Part shown: piece by piece, positions 62,467 through 64,000 of the stretch | How positions within the stretch are numbered: the stretch's first letter is position 1 | How the letters are laid out: each line of letters starts with the position of its first letter | Virus record (IMG/VR): IMGVR_UViG_3300011008_000008 | From: a virus | Taxonomy: Duplodnaviria > Caudoviricetes | Strand: one strand, 5' to 3' | DNA: 64,000 bases | The notes under the pieces: generated by a model | Seen by the model: the letters and a program-made list of their open reading frames with translations, nothing else | What the model was told of the DNA's origin: nothing | Database searches by the model: none | Made by a program: the position numbers and the translations under genes

Positions 62467-63543
62467 TTGTCTAAGGAATGGTATTTACTTAAAAGACCGT
62501 ATGATCAATTAAGCGGGTATGAAAGTGACGCCCTGGTTGACTTTGGAGAGGATGGTTTTCTCGAAGCATTAGATTCGGAACTGGCAACTACTGTTGAGCT
62601 ATGCAATTTTGATTTGACTGAATGTACACCTATAAAGGCAATTATTCAGAATAACCATCAGGATACAAAACTGAAAACAATGCAACGAATGATGCTTGCT
62701 CCAATAGGAACATGTAAAGCAGGGATGTATGTCAAATATAAGAATAGATATTGGCTAATAGTAGGACTTGTTGATGATAACAAAGTCTTTGAAAAGGCGA
62801 TTTTATTGATATGCAACTATCAAATTAGTTGGATCAATAAGAGTGGACAAATCGTGCAACGCTGGGTCAACGCTGAATCCGCTTCACAATATAATAATGG
62901 TGAAACCAATATGAGGTTCTACTTTATTAGAAGTGACCAGCTAATGGTGTATTTGCCGGACGATCCAGAAAGTCTAATGCTTGATAGCGGTCAACGGTTT
63001 ATTGTTGATAAAAGATGCCAAGTGTATGAATTGGATTTTGGCGAGGATTTAGTCAAAGATACCAGCAATCCATTAATTGTTTATGATATAACTCGAAGCG
63101 ATACTGTTTTGGATAGCTACACAGACAGCGGTATTATTGGATTTATATTTACACAAGGCGAGCAGCATGAGAACGATGGTTATTATGTTGTAGACGGTAT
63201 AGGCTACTGGTTATGTGATATACCTTCTGAAATAAGTCAGGAAAAACCATTATCATGCGCTATCAATAGTGATTCCGATATAATTTATATCGATCTCGAA
63301 CCTGGTATGTATACGGCGGTATTCTATGATGCTGATGGTAATGAGATCAAGGAAAATTTGCCGGAATATGAATTTACCGTTGATCCAGAGTATGTTTCAA
63401 AACTTGACATCCAGCTCGTCAATCAATCAATGTTAATAGCTACTTCCGACAACAAATTAAATGGCAAGACATTCAACATCAATTTAGGAGCAGATGGATA
63501 TGAGTCAGTATCGAAAACAATTTCAATAAAGACATTTATGTAA
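62467..63543 (+). CDS. Putative head-closure/neck protein
   Basis: G.YVKY..RYWLI...CNYQISW motif; synteny. Confidence 0.5.
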   Translation: MSKEWYLLKRPYDQLSGYESDALVDFGEDGFLEALDSELATTVELCNFDLTECTPIKAIIQNNHQDTKLKTMQRMMLAPIGTCKAGMYVKYKNRYWLIVGLVDDNKVFEKAILLICNYQISWINKSGQIVQRWVNAESASQYNNGETNMRFYFIRSDQLMVYLPDDPESLMLDSGQRFIVDKRCQVYELDFGEDLVKDTSNPLIVYDITRSDTVLDSYTDSGIIGFIFTQGEQHENDGYYVVDGIGYWLCDIPSEISQEKPLSCAINSDSDIIYIDLEPGMYTAVFYDADGNEIKENLPEYEFTVDPEYVSKLDIQLVNQSMLIATSDNKLNGKTFNINLGADGYESVSKTISIKTFM

Positions 63544-63558
63544 TACTGGAGAGATATC

Positions 63559-64000
63559 ATGGATAGAAAGAAAACAACCGCAGAACGTGGCTTGTTTAAA
63601 AAAGAAATCCATTCTGCTCTATATAAAAGCGATGATATAAAAGAATTATTGCTTGGTGATACATCGGAATTGAGCAGGGCGGATATTCAAGAGAAGTTTA
63701 AACAACATGTGAAGTCTCACTTGTTTATAGAGGATACAATCAAAGATGCGACAACATTTATTTTCTACGATGTGCGCTTCCCCACCCTACATTCAAATAT
63801 TAAAGACTGTACCGTGATAATGTATTTAATATGTCATAGAGATATATTAGAGAATTATTCTAAGGAAGGGTATTACGGAGATAGAATTGATATCTTATCC
63901 CAGATGGTAGAAGATGCGTTGATCAATAATAAAAATGTGTCAAACAATTTCGGCATTGGAGAATTGACTTTAGACAGCATCGATATATACAATGCCTCAC
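63559..64000 (+). CDS. Partial virion-module ORF running off the window
   Basis: GGAG RBS, ATG at 63559, open to the end (MDRKKTTAERGLFKK...). Confidence 0.55.
   Translation, partial: MDRKKTTAERGLFKKEIHSALYKSDDIKELLLGDTSELSRADIQEKFKQHVKSHLFIEDTIKDATTFIFYDVRFPTLHSNIKDCTVIMYLICHRDILENYSKEGYYGDRIDILSQMVEDALINNKNVSNNFGIGELTLDSIDIYNAS

Overview
A 64-kb segment of a large, probably temperate SPbeta-like phage or prophage of a Bacillota (Clostridia-like) host. All family calls are by motif recognition, with no database search. Left arm (1 to ~45.4 kb, almost all minus strand) is early/accessory genes. It holds a complete diversity-generating retroelement (target/VR-avd-TR-RT, 1.1-3.4 kb) whose target looks non-structural. 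It also holds a candidate lysis-lysogeny block (tyrosine recombinase, orphan MazF/PemK, MrpR/YopR-like repressor, then a small ORF behind a LexA box), and many short ORFs including putative anti-defence genes (Lar-like, ArdC-N, SAM-lyase-like, LPD29, truncated MTase, amidoligase, GGCT). The arm is built as cassettes, driven by about 19 near-consensus sigma-A promoters and carrying three repeated DNA motifs: (i) a ~22-bp TCAATAC-T(n)-GTCTTATTT operator-like site, (ii) a TGTC-N5-GACA palindrome at the predicted +1, and (iii) dense arrays of a degenerate ~24-bp GTTTTTRAAWATNNRRWTTTTCTG motif that get denser toward 45.7 kb. A 1.4-kb non-coding strand-switch region (45.4-46.8 kb) has iteron-like repeats, a 14-bp inverted repeat, an AT-rich tract and twin hairpins with a shared loop. 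Right arm (plus strand) is a YonO-like single-subunit RNA polymerase, a Zn-ribbon partner, four tRNAs, a metallophosphoesterase, HU, and the head module (terminase, portal, protease/scaffold, decoration, major capsid, head-completion) in SPbeta yon-like order.
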